20,094 nt of DNA from Octopus sinensis. Its lineage: Eukaryota. The position numbers and the translations under genes are program-made. Positions 8,713 to 19,920 of the stretch are shown here, piece after piece; positions within the stretch are counted from its first letter, which is position 1; each line of letters starts with the position of its first letter. The notes beneath the pieces are model-generated. The model was not told the origin of the DNA. It ran no database searches and was given only the letters and a program-made list of their open reading frames with translations. Location: assembly GCF_006345805.1 (NCBI RefSeq), contig NW_021824090.1, positions 1-20,094 of the forward strand, written 5' to 3'.

Positions 8713-10780
8713 CCTTCCCTTCTCTTTCTTTTCTCACTTTCTCTATCTTTCCCTTCTCCTTCTATCTCTTTCTTTCTCTTTCTCTTTCCGTGTCTATTTT
8801 ACTCTCTCTCTCTTTCTTTTCTCTTTTCAAATTTTTCTTTCCTCTCTTTCTCTCTCTTTCCTTCCTCTTTCTCTTTTGCTTTTTTCCTTATCTTTCTCTT
8901 TCTCTATTTTTAAATTATCTCTTTCTCTCTCGTATCTCTCTCTATCTCTCTTTCATTTCTTTCTTTTATATTATTATTATTTTTCTTTCTTTTTATTCTC
9001 TATCTTTTTATCTCTCTCTTTTTCCCAATCTTCTCATTCTTTTCTCTCTTTTCAAATTTAATTTCTCTGTTTCTATCTTTTTCTTCTCTTCTCTCTTTTT
9101 CCATTTCTCTTTATTTATCTCTCTCTATATTACCTTTTTTCTTTATTTATATCTCTATCCTTAAATATTCTTTTTATCTCTTTAACACAAAACTTTTTCG
9201 TTTCGTCTCTCTTTATCTTTTAATTTATATCTTTCTCTCTATCTATTTATCTATGCTTTCGTTGACTTTTCTCACTTTCACACCTATTTCTCCTTTAATT
9301 GGATCTCTTTATTTGATGCCCTTCTCTTTCCCTTTTTTCTCTATCATATAATTTCCTCTCTATCCTTTCCTCTCTCTCCCTTCCTCTCTCTTCTTTTTAA
9401 TTATTCTCTCACATTTTCTTTTCTATCTTTTTCTCTCTATGTTATTCATTTGTTTTATCTTTCTCTCTCTTTATTTCTCTCTCTCTCTCATTTATATCTT
9501 TCTTCCTCTCTCTCTATTTCCCACTCTATTTTCTTCCTATATTCCCCTCTTTCCCTCTCTCTGTCTCTTTCTTCTTCTCTCACTCTCTCTCACATTTTCT
9601 TTTCTATATCTTTTCTCTCTATGTCTCTTACTCTTTGTTCTCCTTCTCTCTCTTTCCTTTCCCGCTTTTTTCTCTCTCTCTTTTTCTTTATTACTTCCTC
9701 TCTCCCTCTCTTCCTATCTTCTTCCTCTCTCTCTATTTCTACTCTATTTCCCACTCATTTTTTCTCCAATATTCCCCTCTTTCCCTCTCTGTCTCTTTTC
9801 TCTTTCTCTCTCTCTCCTATTCTTATCTTTCACTTTCTTTTTCCCCCTTTTCCCTCTTTCTTTATCCCCCTCTCTTTTTCTCTTCTCTCCTTCTCCGCCG
9901 ATCTTTTACCTTTCTCTCCTGCTTTACTTTTCTCTCTTTTTCTATTCTCTCTTCTTTATCTCTCCCTTTTCTTTTCCCTCTTTCTCTCTCCCTTACTCGT
10001 TTCCTCTTATCTCTCTCTTTCTTTCCTCTCTTCCTCTTTCTCTCTGTTATCTCCTTTCTCTGGCAATTTTTCACTTCTCTCTTCCTCTCACTCTCTCAAT
10101 TTCCTTTTCTCTCTTCCTCCCTCTCTCTCTCTTTCTTTCTGTCCTCTTTGTCCTTTCTTTTTCTCTTCTTTCCCTCTTTTCCTTTTCTCCCTTTAAGGGA
10201 CTTACTCTTTTCTTTTCTCCCTCTCTTGCTTCTCCTTTCTTTTCTCTCTTTCTCTTCTCTCTCCCTCTTTCTTTTCTCTCATTCTCTTTATATCCTTTTA
10301 CGTCTCTTTTATCCCTCTCTTTCTCATTTCTCTCTCTTTCAGTGTTTGTTTTTCCTCTTTCTCCTCTCTCTCTCTCCCATTTTCTCTCTTTATTTCTCTC
10401 AGTACCTTTTTCTTCTCTTATCTTCCATCTTTCTCTCTTCCTCTCCCTCTCTCTCTTTTTCTATTCTCGCTCTCTCCCTCTCTGCTTCTTTTCTCTCTCT
10501 TTTTATTTTCTAGTTTTCCTTCTCCCCATCTCTCTTTATCTTTTCCTTTTCTCTCTTTTTCTCTCTGTTTCCTTACTCTCTCTCTATATATATATTTTTC
10601 TTTTCTCTTTTTCTTTGTCTGTTCTCTCTTTCTCTCTCATTTCTTCATTATCTTTCTCTCTTTCTTTTTCTCTTTCTGTGTCTCTTTTCTTTCTTCTTCT
10701 CACTCATTTGTTTTCTCTCTTCCTTTCTCTATTTCTCGTTTTTTTTCTCTTTTTTCTCCCTTTTGTTTTCTTTCTCTCTT
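8713..10780. repeat. About 2 kb polypyrimidine (CT-rich) / polypurine low-complexity tract
   Basis: The plus strand is overwhelmingly C/T; this produces the 474, 292 and 248 aa F/L/S-only pseudo-ORFs. Confidence 0.95.
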
Positions 10781-11000
10781 CTACTTGTTTCAGTCTTGAG
10801 ACTGCGGCCATGCTGGGGCTCCTCCTCGATTTTGTTTTTATGTGTGGTACCTTTTCTGTCTAATTAGCAGCAACTTATAGATCTCTTTTGCTTAAGGGAT
10901 AAGTAACAGGGATGCAAATACACCAACACCGGTTATCATTTAGCAGTTGGGGACACACACTAACATAGATACACATGCACACACACAGAATCTCCACTCC
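10781..11000 (-). mobile_element. Diverged SINE 3' portion
   Basis: ctacttgtttcagtc-gactgcggccatgctgg and acaccaacaccggtt match the other SINE copies; a CA microsatellite follows. Confidence 0.7.
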
Positions 11001-11159
11001 AAAATACAGACACATCTTGTCAGTATACACACACACACACACTCACACACCACACACACACACACCATACACACACACACACACCACACATATATATATT
11101 AATTATATATATATATCTATATATATATATATATACGAGTTAATAACACCTGTAAGGAT

Positions 11160-12505
11160 GTGTTTTATCTATTCCCCAAAGTGAATGGAGCCTTGTCCAG
11201 GAGAAACCAACTTCGGCAGACCTTATCCCTCGTTCATCGGATGTTTCGACCCTGAACCGTAATACACTACCGTTGGTGGGTCAACAGAGGTGGCCAATTC
11301 ACTGCTCCTCAACTCCTCATGCCTTCCAGCGTTAATCTTCTCTCTTACACCAAAGCCAGCAAAAGGCTCTTTCAGTTACCTCTCCCATCATGCGCACAGC
11401 CACCTATCCCTCCTTACCTCACATTCCAGTTGCTGTAAAAATCCTCCATTCCGACTGGGCAAGGAATCCCCTACAGCCAACCTCCACTCGGAAAATCCAT
11501 ACTTGCCATCCCTTCTCCCTGCAATCCTGCAGAAGTCTCTTATATCTGTCACACTTCTGTTCATGGACCTCGTTACAACCGGCTTCTCACATGATTGTTC
11601 GTTCAATTATGATAATTTTCTGGGCCTTTTCAGGCCACAGGACCACATCAGGCCTCAGGGTTGTATGGATATCCTGGGGAAACTGCAATCTCTTCCCTAA
11701 GTCTACCTTCATATCCCATGTTTGAGACCCTTGCAGCAAGCTATGTTTTGCTTTTGCTGGCTTTACTGGTTTCTCTCCCTCTTTCACGAATTGAATTGCG
11801 GCAGTTATCTTCCCTTGGTGATGTTGTTTCTTACACCTTTACTGCTCCAGGATGTGAGCAAGTATTTGTATCTGCCTTGAGAAAGTGTTATTCTGCACCC
11901 TGCCAGGATGTGTGCCAGAGTGCGCCTTTCCCACAAAGTCCACACAGCTGGTCTTCCCTCAAACCTTATCTGTGCAGGTTTGTTGGCGTCTGGAGTGTGT
12001 CATACACCGCTCCATGCAGGAAGGAGATGTGCAAAGGTTGCAGCCTCCATAGGTCAGTCCATGAGAGCTTCCTCTTAGGGAGATCCCATTTAGTCCATGC
12101 ACCCAGAGATACCAACTCCACAGCTCTTTATTTCCTTTTATCTTCCTCCTGGTACCACAATGCTTTCTGAGTCATAAACCACCTCTCCCTGGTGTCTGCT
12201 TTCTTCTATTGTTGGAAATAGGAAGAGCCAAGTCCCTGGTGACCCCAACATGTAGCTCCAATTATGACGCGTAGCTCCAGCATGCCTTCAGCCTGAGCGA
12301 CAGCGGTGCTAGTTACCCACACCTTGTGGTAATACCTGCATGTCTGACAAGCTCGTCCTTAGAGTCTCTCTATATCATTACAATATTACATTTTGCTACT
12401 TTAAATTCCTCCAATACAGATGACAGGGGAAGTTGTAATTGTCCCGCTCCTATGTACAGGCCTATTCAAGTAAAGCTTGGGGAACCCCTAGCTATTTTTT
12501 GGGGG
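11160..12505 (-). mobile_element. 5'-truncated, decayed non-LTR retrotransposon with RLE endonuclease (HERO/NeSL-like)
   Basis: Frameshifted translation gives LGVPPSFT..LQLPLSSVLEEFKVAK, WTDLWRLQPLHISFL..VYDTLQTPTNLHR, CCHC knuckle CGLCG..TLAHILAGC (about 11944-11895), RLE core LRPDVVLW..IIIIE (RPD at 11655-11647), KGWQVWIFRVEVGCRGF, ERAFCWLW, then about 150 nt of 3' UTR. Several stop codons are present. Confidence 0.9.
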
Positions 12506-12509
12506 AAGG

Positions 12510-12746
12510 GGGTGTATATTTACCTTTCTCGCAACCCTTGCGGGTAATTACGTACCACAACACCACCTCACAATAAGTAAATATTTGATGCATCACCACT
12601 TCGCTTTTTTTACTCATTCAACCTTTAATACGTGGCTTCTGCCAAACTCAGTTATATTTTTTGGAGTGTCATATATACATAAACTAATATAAAATGTTCC
12701 CACGGCCCCCACACATTGGTGGTAGTGACCAATTTGAGAAGCCCTG
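12510..12746 (-). mobile_element. Possible hAT-type MITE remnant
   Basis: Minus strand begins CAGGGCTTCTCAAA (12746-12733), a hAT-like TIR, followed by GGGGGCCGTGGG. The other end is degraded and no TSD was found. Confidence 0.35.
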
Positions 12747-13336
12747 CTCTATATTCCTGCAGACACTATCCCGTCTATTGACTGCCATCCTGTCATTCTA
12801 ACTTCCAATATTTCAATTATGAAGTGAAGTGTCACAAAAAAATCCCCTTTGTCCCTTTAGGTGTCTTTCTAGATTCAATGAACACCAGTACAGTTTTATA
12901 AAGTGGGGTTTGATTCCTATGTGACACACCAGTGTTTTCATATGTGTAAAGAATTCTATAAAAAATGGTGTAGCCCTTGACACCAATAAAACCTTCAACT
13001 TTGTTTGGCAAGAGGACTTCTTTAAAAAGTCACCATCCATTTATCGGCTCCATCTGTCTCTCATCTCTTGGACTGAATACTTCCCGCCAGAACACCCCAT
13101 TGCAGTGTGTGATGGATTTCTTTCTCACTCACATTCTATCAATTCTGTCATGTCTCAATGTTTGGTTAAATATTTATAAAAATGTCGATGATGAGGATTA
13201 GAGAAAAGAGGTGAAGAAAGAAATGAAATATCATCGACAAATATATGTGGCTACTTTTCATATTGTGTATAAAACATTTCATATTGTGTATAAAATAATA
13301 AACAGTCAAATTTGAGAAGGCAATAAACAGAACAAC

Positions 13337-13418
13337 TTATTATTGTTGGATCCTTTTTCAATAATTTTTGAATTCCTTCGACGTCACCATTTCTAATTTT
13401 CTGTTTGATATCCCCCAT
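13337..13418 (-). CDS. Probable first coding exon of the ankyrin gene (N-terminal capping ankyrin half-repeat)
   Basis: MGDIKQKIRNGDVEGIQKLLKKDPTII resembles an ankyrin N-cap (GD-x-E-x-I/V-x-x-LL). Pyrimidine-rich acceptor ending tattcaaaag at 13422-13421 lies 2 nt before the ATG. The donor (A|GTTGTT, phase 1) is weak, so the 3' boundary is uncertain and no phase-compatible linker exon was identified. Confidence 0.5.
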
Positions 13419-13929
13419 GTCTTTTGAATAAAAACAGTCAAAAAAGAAAGAAAGAAAAACAGTTTTAAAAAACTTATAAAATGAGTTAAACAACAATAAA
13501 CAGAAGTTGATGGTTCTAAAATCTTGCATAAGATAACATTGATATTGTAAACTTCAGTTTATCTAAAGTATTATTCATAGCTGAATGTTCTTCTTGACAC
13601 TAATAAACCTAACAACAGTCATTGTGTTGTGTCATCTTGAGCAATAAATCTGTGGATCATACCCCAGCTAGGATGGGGGCCACTCTATATGTAAATCAAA
13701 TTGATTCTCTACAGAAAGGTAAATTTAGGAAAACTAGTAAAAGAATCAATGAAACAGAGTTTGTTCAATAAAACCTCCTGTATTGATCTTTGATTTGATC
13801 TCATCTACTTTGCTAATATTTCGACAGACTCTATCAACAAGAGCTTATTTTATAAATTTTTGCAAATATCTTTATGACTATTTCATAATTATTTAATAAA
13901 TTTCCATTATGTATATATATATTTACTAA

Positions 13930-14085
13930 CATCATCATCATCATCACCACATACCGTCAGCCTTCCATGCATTCGAGAGTAAGATGGACGACAGGAGCCG
14001 TCCAGGTAGAAAAAATCTACCCTGGGCTATTGTCTATTTAGGAAAGGGATTTTACAGCTGGATGCTCTTCCAAACACCAACCACC
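13930..14085 (-). mobile_element. Retroposon 3' tail ending in (GAT)n
   Basis: Minus strand reads gtggttggtgtttggaagagcatccagctgtaaa...gcatggaagg...gatgatgatg, which resembles an abundant octopus repeat tail (recalled, not searched). Confidence 0.55.
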
Positions 14086-14089
14086 AGTT

Positions 14090-14205
14090 TTGTCCCACTG
14101 TATGACACCTTGGGCAAGTACCTTCTTCTAAATCCCATGGCTGATCAAGGCTTCTGAGTGGATTAAATAGAGATAATCTGAGAGAAGCCCATCGTACACC
14201 ACTGG
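14090..14205 (+). mobile_element. SINE CORE-like fragment
   Basis: gtcccactgtatgacaccttgggcaagt...ggctgatcaaggcttctgagtggatt...gaagcccatcgta is homologous to the core of the 15884-16325 SINE. Confidence 0.7.
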
Positions 14206-14654
14206 ACAAAATCTGAGGACCAGTGAAAAAACTGCCAAAATGAAGTTTTTGTGTGTGTGTGTGTGTACGTGTTCATATATATATGTGTGTGTTTGTGTGT
14301 GTTTGTGTGTATGTGTGTGTGTATACGTGTGCATATATGTGTGTGTGTTTGTGTGTGTTTGTGTGTATGTGTGTGTGTGTGTATTTTTCCATTTTCTTTT
14401 ACTGAAAATTGCTCAGCTCTGAACGATTAGATTATCATTTTCCCTGTTAATAGACAAACCATTGAAATAAGTGATCCCTTGAACAACAGGTAAGGTTAAT
14501 AACAGGAAGGGGATCCAGATGCAAAAAGAATGGATCAATAATATACTCATACAACCCATGGTAGTATGGAGAAAAGGTGTAAAATGATTGCTTTATATGC
14601 ATATACGTACATATATAAGTCTATGTATGTGTATACTCGTGTGCATGTGTGAGT

Positions 14655-14725
14655 AGCTGTATGGCATAGTGATTCGGGTGTTACCCTCACAAGAGCTAGA
14701 TCGTGGGTTTGATTCTTGCAATGCC
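14655..14725 (+). mobile_element. tRNA-like SINE head (A/B-box remnants)
   Basis: TGGCATAGTGA (A-box-like) followed by GATCGTGGGTTTGATTC (B-box-like); no complete cloverleaf is evident. Confidence 0.4.
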
Positions 14726-15120
14726 CTTCCTTTCCCAAGAGAAGAAACGACAGAGGCTGGAGTCTCAAGCCATTAGAAAAGCCAGCTTAACAGAATATAC
14801 GTCAACAGAACAACTTCAAAGTAATGCAGATAGAAATGCCTGCCACAGAGAAGAGGAAACATCAAAGTAACGACAAGTCAGGTTGGAATTTAAAACTTTA
14901 TCTTTTGGAGAGGAGCGACTAGTAACCTTTAACTAAGATCTTAATACATAAGCATTACGATAGATGTTTTATGAATACATTTGTGTAGAGTACACACTGG
15001 GTCAAAGGTCGGGTGAGCGCTTGTATATATTATAAATACACAAATTTGGTGATTTGTTTAGTCTACTTCTTTTCCTCAAGAGCTTCATGCATTAGTGAAC
15101 AATCAACAGCGTTGGAGACC

Positions 15121-15760
15121 ATGGAGATTAAATATCTGAATATTTGAAAAGAGTTTCCTGTATCATTGTAATTTTTGGTGGATATCAAAATGCCAACATC
15201 AAGACTGATGCTCAATGCTCTGTGAATACTGTAAAGGCTGTGAGATGTGATACACGCATCAGACTGTGAATCTGTAGCTACTGGGAAGGGACATAGTAGG
15301 AGTTCTGATTGTGTCTGCACCACACCGCAAGTCATTGCCACATCGTTGAGCAGGCAGTGAGTTACGCTCTACACAGACAGCTTTGTGAAACTGCTGTAGA
15401 CTGGGATCAAACTCTGGCTGGAGAGGATTGCCATTGGAAGGTCATATGTGTGGCAGCAAGATTCATCTCTTCGTCATACCGCTGGAAGGAACCAGACGTG
15501 ATTGTTGGAGATTTTCTACGACTGCCCCCAGCCCGAATTTCTGGTCTTCTAATTCCCCTGATTGTAATACCCTGGATTACTATGTGAGGGGCGCAATTGA
15601 GAAAGATACCAACCCCTTTTCCTGCAGCGCTAAGTCCAAGCTGATGCCCAAGATCAAAGAGGGGTTCGAAAATCTCCCCAAGGACACAGTGAGGAACGCA
15701 TATGCCAGGCTTTGAAGATGTGTTGAGGCTGTGGTGGAAGTGAAGGGCAGATAATTTCAG
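15121..15760 (+). mobile_element. Internally deleted Tc1/mariner DD37D (maT) transposase pseudogene
   Basis: The N-terminal segment MEIKYLN..AQCSVNTVKAVR..KGHSRSSDCV is fused near 15330 to the C-terminal catalytic segment KLL.TGIKLWLE..YVWQQD(15454-15462)..PNFWSSNSPDCNTLD(15575-15577)YY..VEAVVE. After correcting one frameshift there are 37 residues between the second and third Asp. Confidence 0.85.
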
Positions 15761-15883
15761 GAAACCTTTATCTCTCAGCCAAAACCTAGTTTTGACAGGT
15801 TTTGAATTTTTAAAACGCTTATTTTTGGATGTGATAAGGAGTTTTATTTTCCTTTTGTGAAAACTGTCAAATGTATTCTTGTG

Positions 15884-16325
15884 TTCTTTTACTTGTTTCA
15901 GTCATTTGACTGCGGCCATGCAGGAGCACCACTATTAGGCGAGCAAATCGACCCCACGATATATTCTATGTAAACTTATTACTTATTCTCTGTCTCTTTC
16001 CCGAACCGCTAAATTAGGGAGATGTAAACACACCAGCATCGGTTGTCAAGCGATATTGGCAGGGGGATAAACACAGATACACAAACACTAACGCACACTT
16101 ACACACACATACTACACACACACACACACGCACACACACACACACACACACAACATATATATATATATATATGGCGGACTTCTTTCAGTTTTCGTCTACC
16201 AAATCCAGTCACAAGGCTTTGGTTGGCCCGAGACTATAGTAGAAAACACTTGCCGAAGGTGCCACGTAGTGGGACTCAACCTAGATCCATTTGGTTGCTA
16301 AGCAAGCTTCTTATCACACACACGC
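15884..16325 (-). mobile_element. Near full-length octopus tRNA/CORE-type SINE with internal (TA)/(TG) microsatellite
   Basis: Minus strand shows head (taagaagcttgct..ggttgagtcccact), core (gcaccttcggcaagtgttttctactatagtctcgggccaaccaaagccttgtga), microsatellite, and tail (cgcttgacaaccgatgctggtgtgtttac..ggccgcagtcaaatgactgaaacaagtaaaag). Confidence 0.88.
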
Positions 16326-16359
16326 ATTTCTGTGTGTGGTGTGTGTGGTGTGTGTGTGT

Positions 16360-16402
<43 letters not shown>

Positions 16403-16680
16403 CCAACCTGGGTTTTTATTCATGTTTGTTACAGCTCTGGTTGCGATAGAAGCCGTCAGTTTATCGAAATTTCCTTGGAAAATTGATTTGGGAAAAAAGT
16501 GTACAAATCTCGATGCCAACACATTGTTACTGTTTCTTATTGTACACTGTCCTCTTTTGTTCTACAAAAACCTGCCACACACTGCTTGACGCTTACAGAC
16601 CTGGATCTTATTCCTTTATATAGAGCGAGATACTGACACAAACACACACACACATATACACACACATATTACACACGTTC

Positions 16681-16755
16681 GTAGGCACAAGAGTAACTGT
16701 GGCAAGAAGCAATTATCTTCTGTTATAGCCGTGAGCTGACCAAAGCCTTATAAGT
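16681..16755 (+). mobile_element. Internally deleted SINE head/core fragment
   Basis: gtaggcacaagagtaactgtggcaagaagc joined to tcttctgttatagccgtgagctgaccaaagcctt. Confidence 0.6.
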
Positions 16756-17178
16756 TGTGTATGGTCAGTGCATCTCCGACCGGGTCGATCAATTTGCTCA
16801 ATAGAGTAGTGTTGTTCGTATACGCCAGGTTGGTAAAATGGTTAAGTCTCGAAGGCACCACCAGATACTTTCTTACAGACCTTGACCATCAGACAATCGA
16901 TGACACAGTTGAAAAGATCAAGGGTGGCCTTTCAATCTTTTTGATCCCCTGTTAATGGAGAACCAGTCAGAATCCTTGCCGTTCACCCGGATGCAGCACT
17001 CGGTACTGCTATACACCTGTTGGAACATGGTTGTGATCTTGGGAGGCGCGTCGACAAGCTTGAGAACTTTCGATGACTGGTTGGGACACTCATATTTAAG
17101 TTGCAAGTGAATCTCGTCACCAAGAACCATCCCCGCCATGATTCCTCCTGTCTCCATGATCCTAACATCGCGCCTCAA
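16755..17178 (-). mobile_element. RTE-type LINE reverse transcriptase fragment (decayed)
   Basis: PKITTMFQQVYSSTECCIRVNGKDSDWFSINRG..PDLFNCVIDCLM..TNLAYTNNTTL, where YTNN is a degenerate YADD motif. Frameshifted. Confidence 0.8.
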
Positions 17179-17179
17179 T

Positions 17180-17815
17180 ATTCGCGGGTTCTTTGATCAA
17201 TCGCTTCATTACCCTGGCTGACAATGAGACTGTCAACTGAGAGATCTTCAAATCAAATGTCAACCAGTCTGCACATTATTTCCTGGTAAACACAATACTT
17301 CCTCCGAAGGATCTTGAAGGTAATCAATTACCACCGGGAGGCCCGAATGCGTGGCGACATGAATGAGTACAGCAGGATCGACCCGAAATGCAGCAATGCC
17401 CGTCTCAGATAAAAGAGGGAAATTCTGGGCAGAAGAAGCCGAACGTCTGGAGGCAGCATCAAAGAACGACGACATACACCAAGTGTTGAACATGTTCCAA
17501 AGAGCCTGTGCTTGTCTCCAGTTCAAGACAGCACAGGTGAAGGATACCAATGACAACGCCGTAGTCAAGGAAACCACCTGCTTCAAACGCTGGAAGGAGA
17601 GCTTTAGCCTTCTTCTTCATCACCCAACTGTTCCTATCCATCGCAGCCTAACCGTCGCTATAGACTCATCCGCAACCACATCACTTACAAGTTGTGTCCT
17701 ATCACCCCGACGTGGTCAGGGCCACCCTGAAGAAGCTCAACAACAGCAAAACCCTTGGAATCTACACTATCACTGCAGAGATTTTGAAGGCGGGCGATAA
17801 ATCATGATTCAGTGA
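17180..17815 (+). mobile_element. RTE-type LINE fragment (EN-RT linker to start of RT)
   Basis: INRFITLAD..REARMRGDMNEYSR..KFWAEEAERLEAA..KRWKESFSLLL..VRATLKKLNNSKTLGIYTITAEILKAG matches the typical linker and KAPG-region of APE-type LINE ORF2. Confidence 0.8.
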
Positions 17816-17937
17816 CCAGCCCACATCATCCACCAGCACCAGTGTGTCTTTCTGTCTGTCTCTCTATCTATCTGTCTGTTTGTCTATGTATCTATCTGTT
17901 TGTCTGTCTGCCTGAATTTCTAACTGTCTTTCTAAAT

Positions 17938-17968
<31 letters not shown>

Positions 17969-17974
17969 CACATT

Positions 17975-18165
17975 TCAGTGTTTGTGTGTATCGCAACATC
18001 CACTTCGTAGCCGGTGGTGGTCCATTTTCCTCGACATAACTTAGCGGCTCTGCATTGATAGAATAAGTATCAGGCTAAACAAATAAGACCTGGGGTCTAT
18101 TCACCATTCGACTAAAATCTTTCCAGGCGATGCCCAAGCATGGCCACAGTCGACTGACACAAGTA
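17975..18165 (+). mobile_element. SINE 3' tail
   Basis: taacttagcgg..gatagaataagta..ctggggtc..gcatggccacagtcgactgacacaagta matches the tail of the other copies; TCTG and TG microsatellites precede it. Confidence 0.7.
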
Positions 18166-18300
18166 TGCATACCTCCTTGCGACGAATGTAAACTTTCATT
18201 TAATCAAGATATCTTTGGCCTTGAAAAGCAGCCTCCAGTATACAACAATCTCGGTTATTTGCCATTTCCAAGGTTCTGCTTGCTATGAAACATATGTAAC

Positions 18301-18486
18301 CCGGATCCTATCGACTCCATTCCTTAACTCTTGTATTCTAATTCGCACACCGGGCAACCCTAATCGCCTACCGAGAAATAGGAAAAGAAATTTCTTTCAA
18401 CGTATCGAACTTCGATACGTAAAAACACCGAAACTTCCGCTTCAATAACGCACTATTGTCTTTGATCGTTTTCCCTACACCTCGAT
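18301..18486 (-). promoter_or_regulatory. CpG-dense, promoter-like island (ETS-like GCGGAAGT, DRE-like palindrome)
   Basis: About 15 CpG in 186 nt, GCGGAAGT at 18440-18433, palindrome ACGTATCGAA-C-TTCGATACGT at 18400-18420, and a possible first-exon donor CG|GTAGGC at 18371. Confidence 0.3.
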
Positions 18487-19212
18487 CAATGGATTTTATA
18501 TATTACCTTACATACACACACACACATACACACACGCACGCACACACACACACACATACACATATATATATATATATCTGTGATAGACGTTGAGAAACCA
18601 ACTAAGTGATAGTGTCTGTCCAATATACTGCTTGTAGTGTACGCAATTATTCTTATCCAAGTGCTAGTTCCAAGTGTATGTGTGTATATATAAACATATA
18701 TAGGTATATGTATGAGCATGTATATATATTATATACATATATTTTGTATATATGAGAGGCAATGCAAGAAGCCATGGGCTTCTGGGTGTTTATACACATA
18801 TGTATCCAAAGGTCTGGAAATGGATATATACGTGTGTGCGCATGTGTGGTGATAAGGGTGTGTGTATGAGCGAGTTTGGATATGCATGTATATAATTATG
18901 TACACACATGTATATGGGTGTGAATGTATATCTGGTTAGTGGTAGTATAGGTGCATCTGTGGTTCTGTAGTTATATGTATGTATGCTTGCATGGGCTGAG
19001 TATAGACAGGTATAGATAGGAATACCCCATCGCTTTTTGTCTACCAAGGGTATGTTACTCCATACTCCTATTAGGAATATTCTACATAAACCTAGCTTAT
19101 GCACTGGGTCTAAGAACCCGTCTCTTATGAAACTTTACAAAAAACACACGCGTGACTAGTTTCTCATAGATGCTAGCATTTAGTAATTGAAAGGCACCCA
19201 AGCAATGAACAG

Positions 19213-19920
<708 letters not shown>

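Noticed and set aside
9439-10863. 474-aa ORF and overlapping 248/292-aa ORFs
   Set aside because: They consist of F/L/S only and arise from a CT-rich tract that lacks stop codons; there are no domain features.
11225-11295. Hammerhead-like CTGTTGA...GAAA CATC/GATG in the HERO 3' UTR (minus)
   Set aside because: The core is not CTGANGA, and no UH cleavage site or stem I follows; it is better read as a 3' UTR stem-loop.
12750-13200. ORFs 12813-13040 (-) and 12977-13201 (+) as coding exons or RT fragments
   Set aside because: No convincing domain motif; only the short NQTPLYKTV segment is retained, as a weak exon candidate.
13256-13297. 21-bp tandem duplication giving FYTQYEM/FYTQYEK in the ORF
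   Set aside because: Real but a trivial slippage duplication, probably intronic.
14454-14489. Plus-strand 36-nt exon-like segment (tag|...CAG|GTAAGG; QTIEISDPLNN)
   Set aside because: The splice signals are good, but there are no partner exons or homology; this is within chance expectation.
14655-14725. Possible tRNA gene
   Set aside because: Only A/B-box remnants are present with no acceptor-stem pairing; treated as a SINE head.
18270-18305. GAAACATATGTA preceded by CTGCTTG
   Set aside because: The core and stem I do not fit; likely a chance match.
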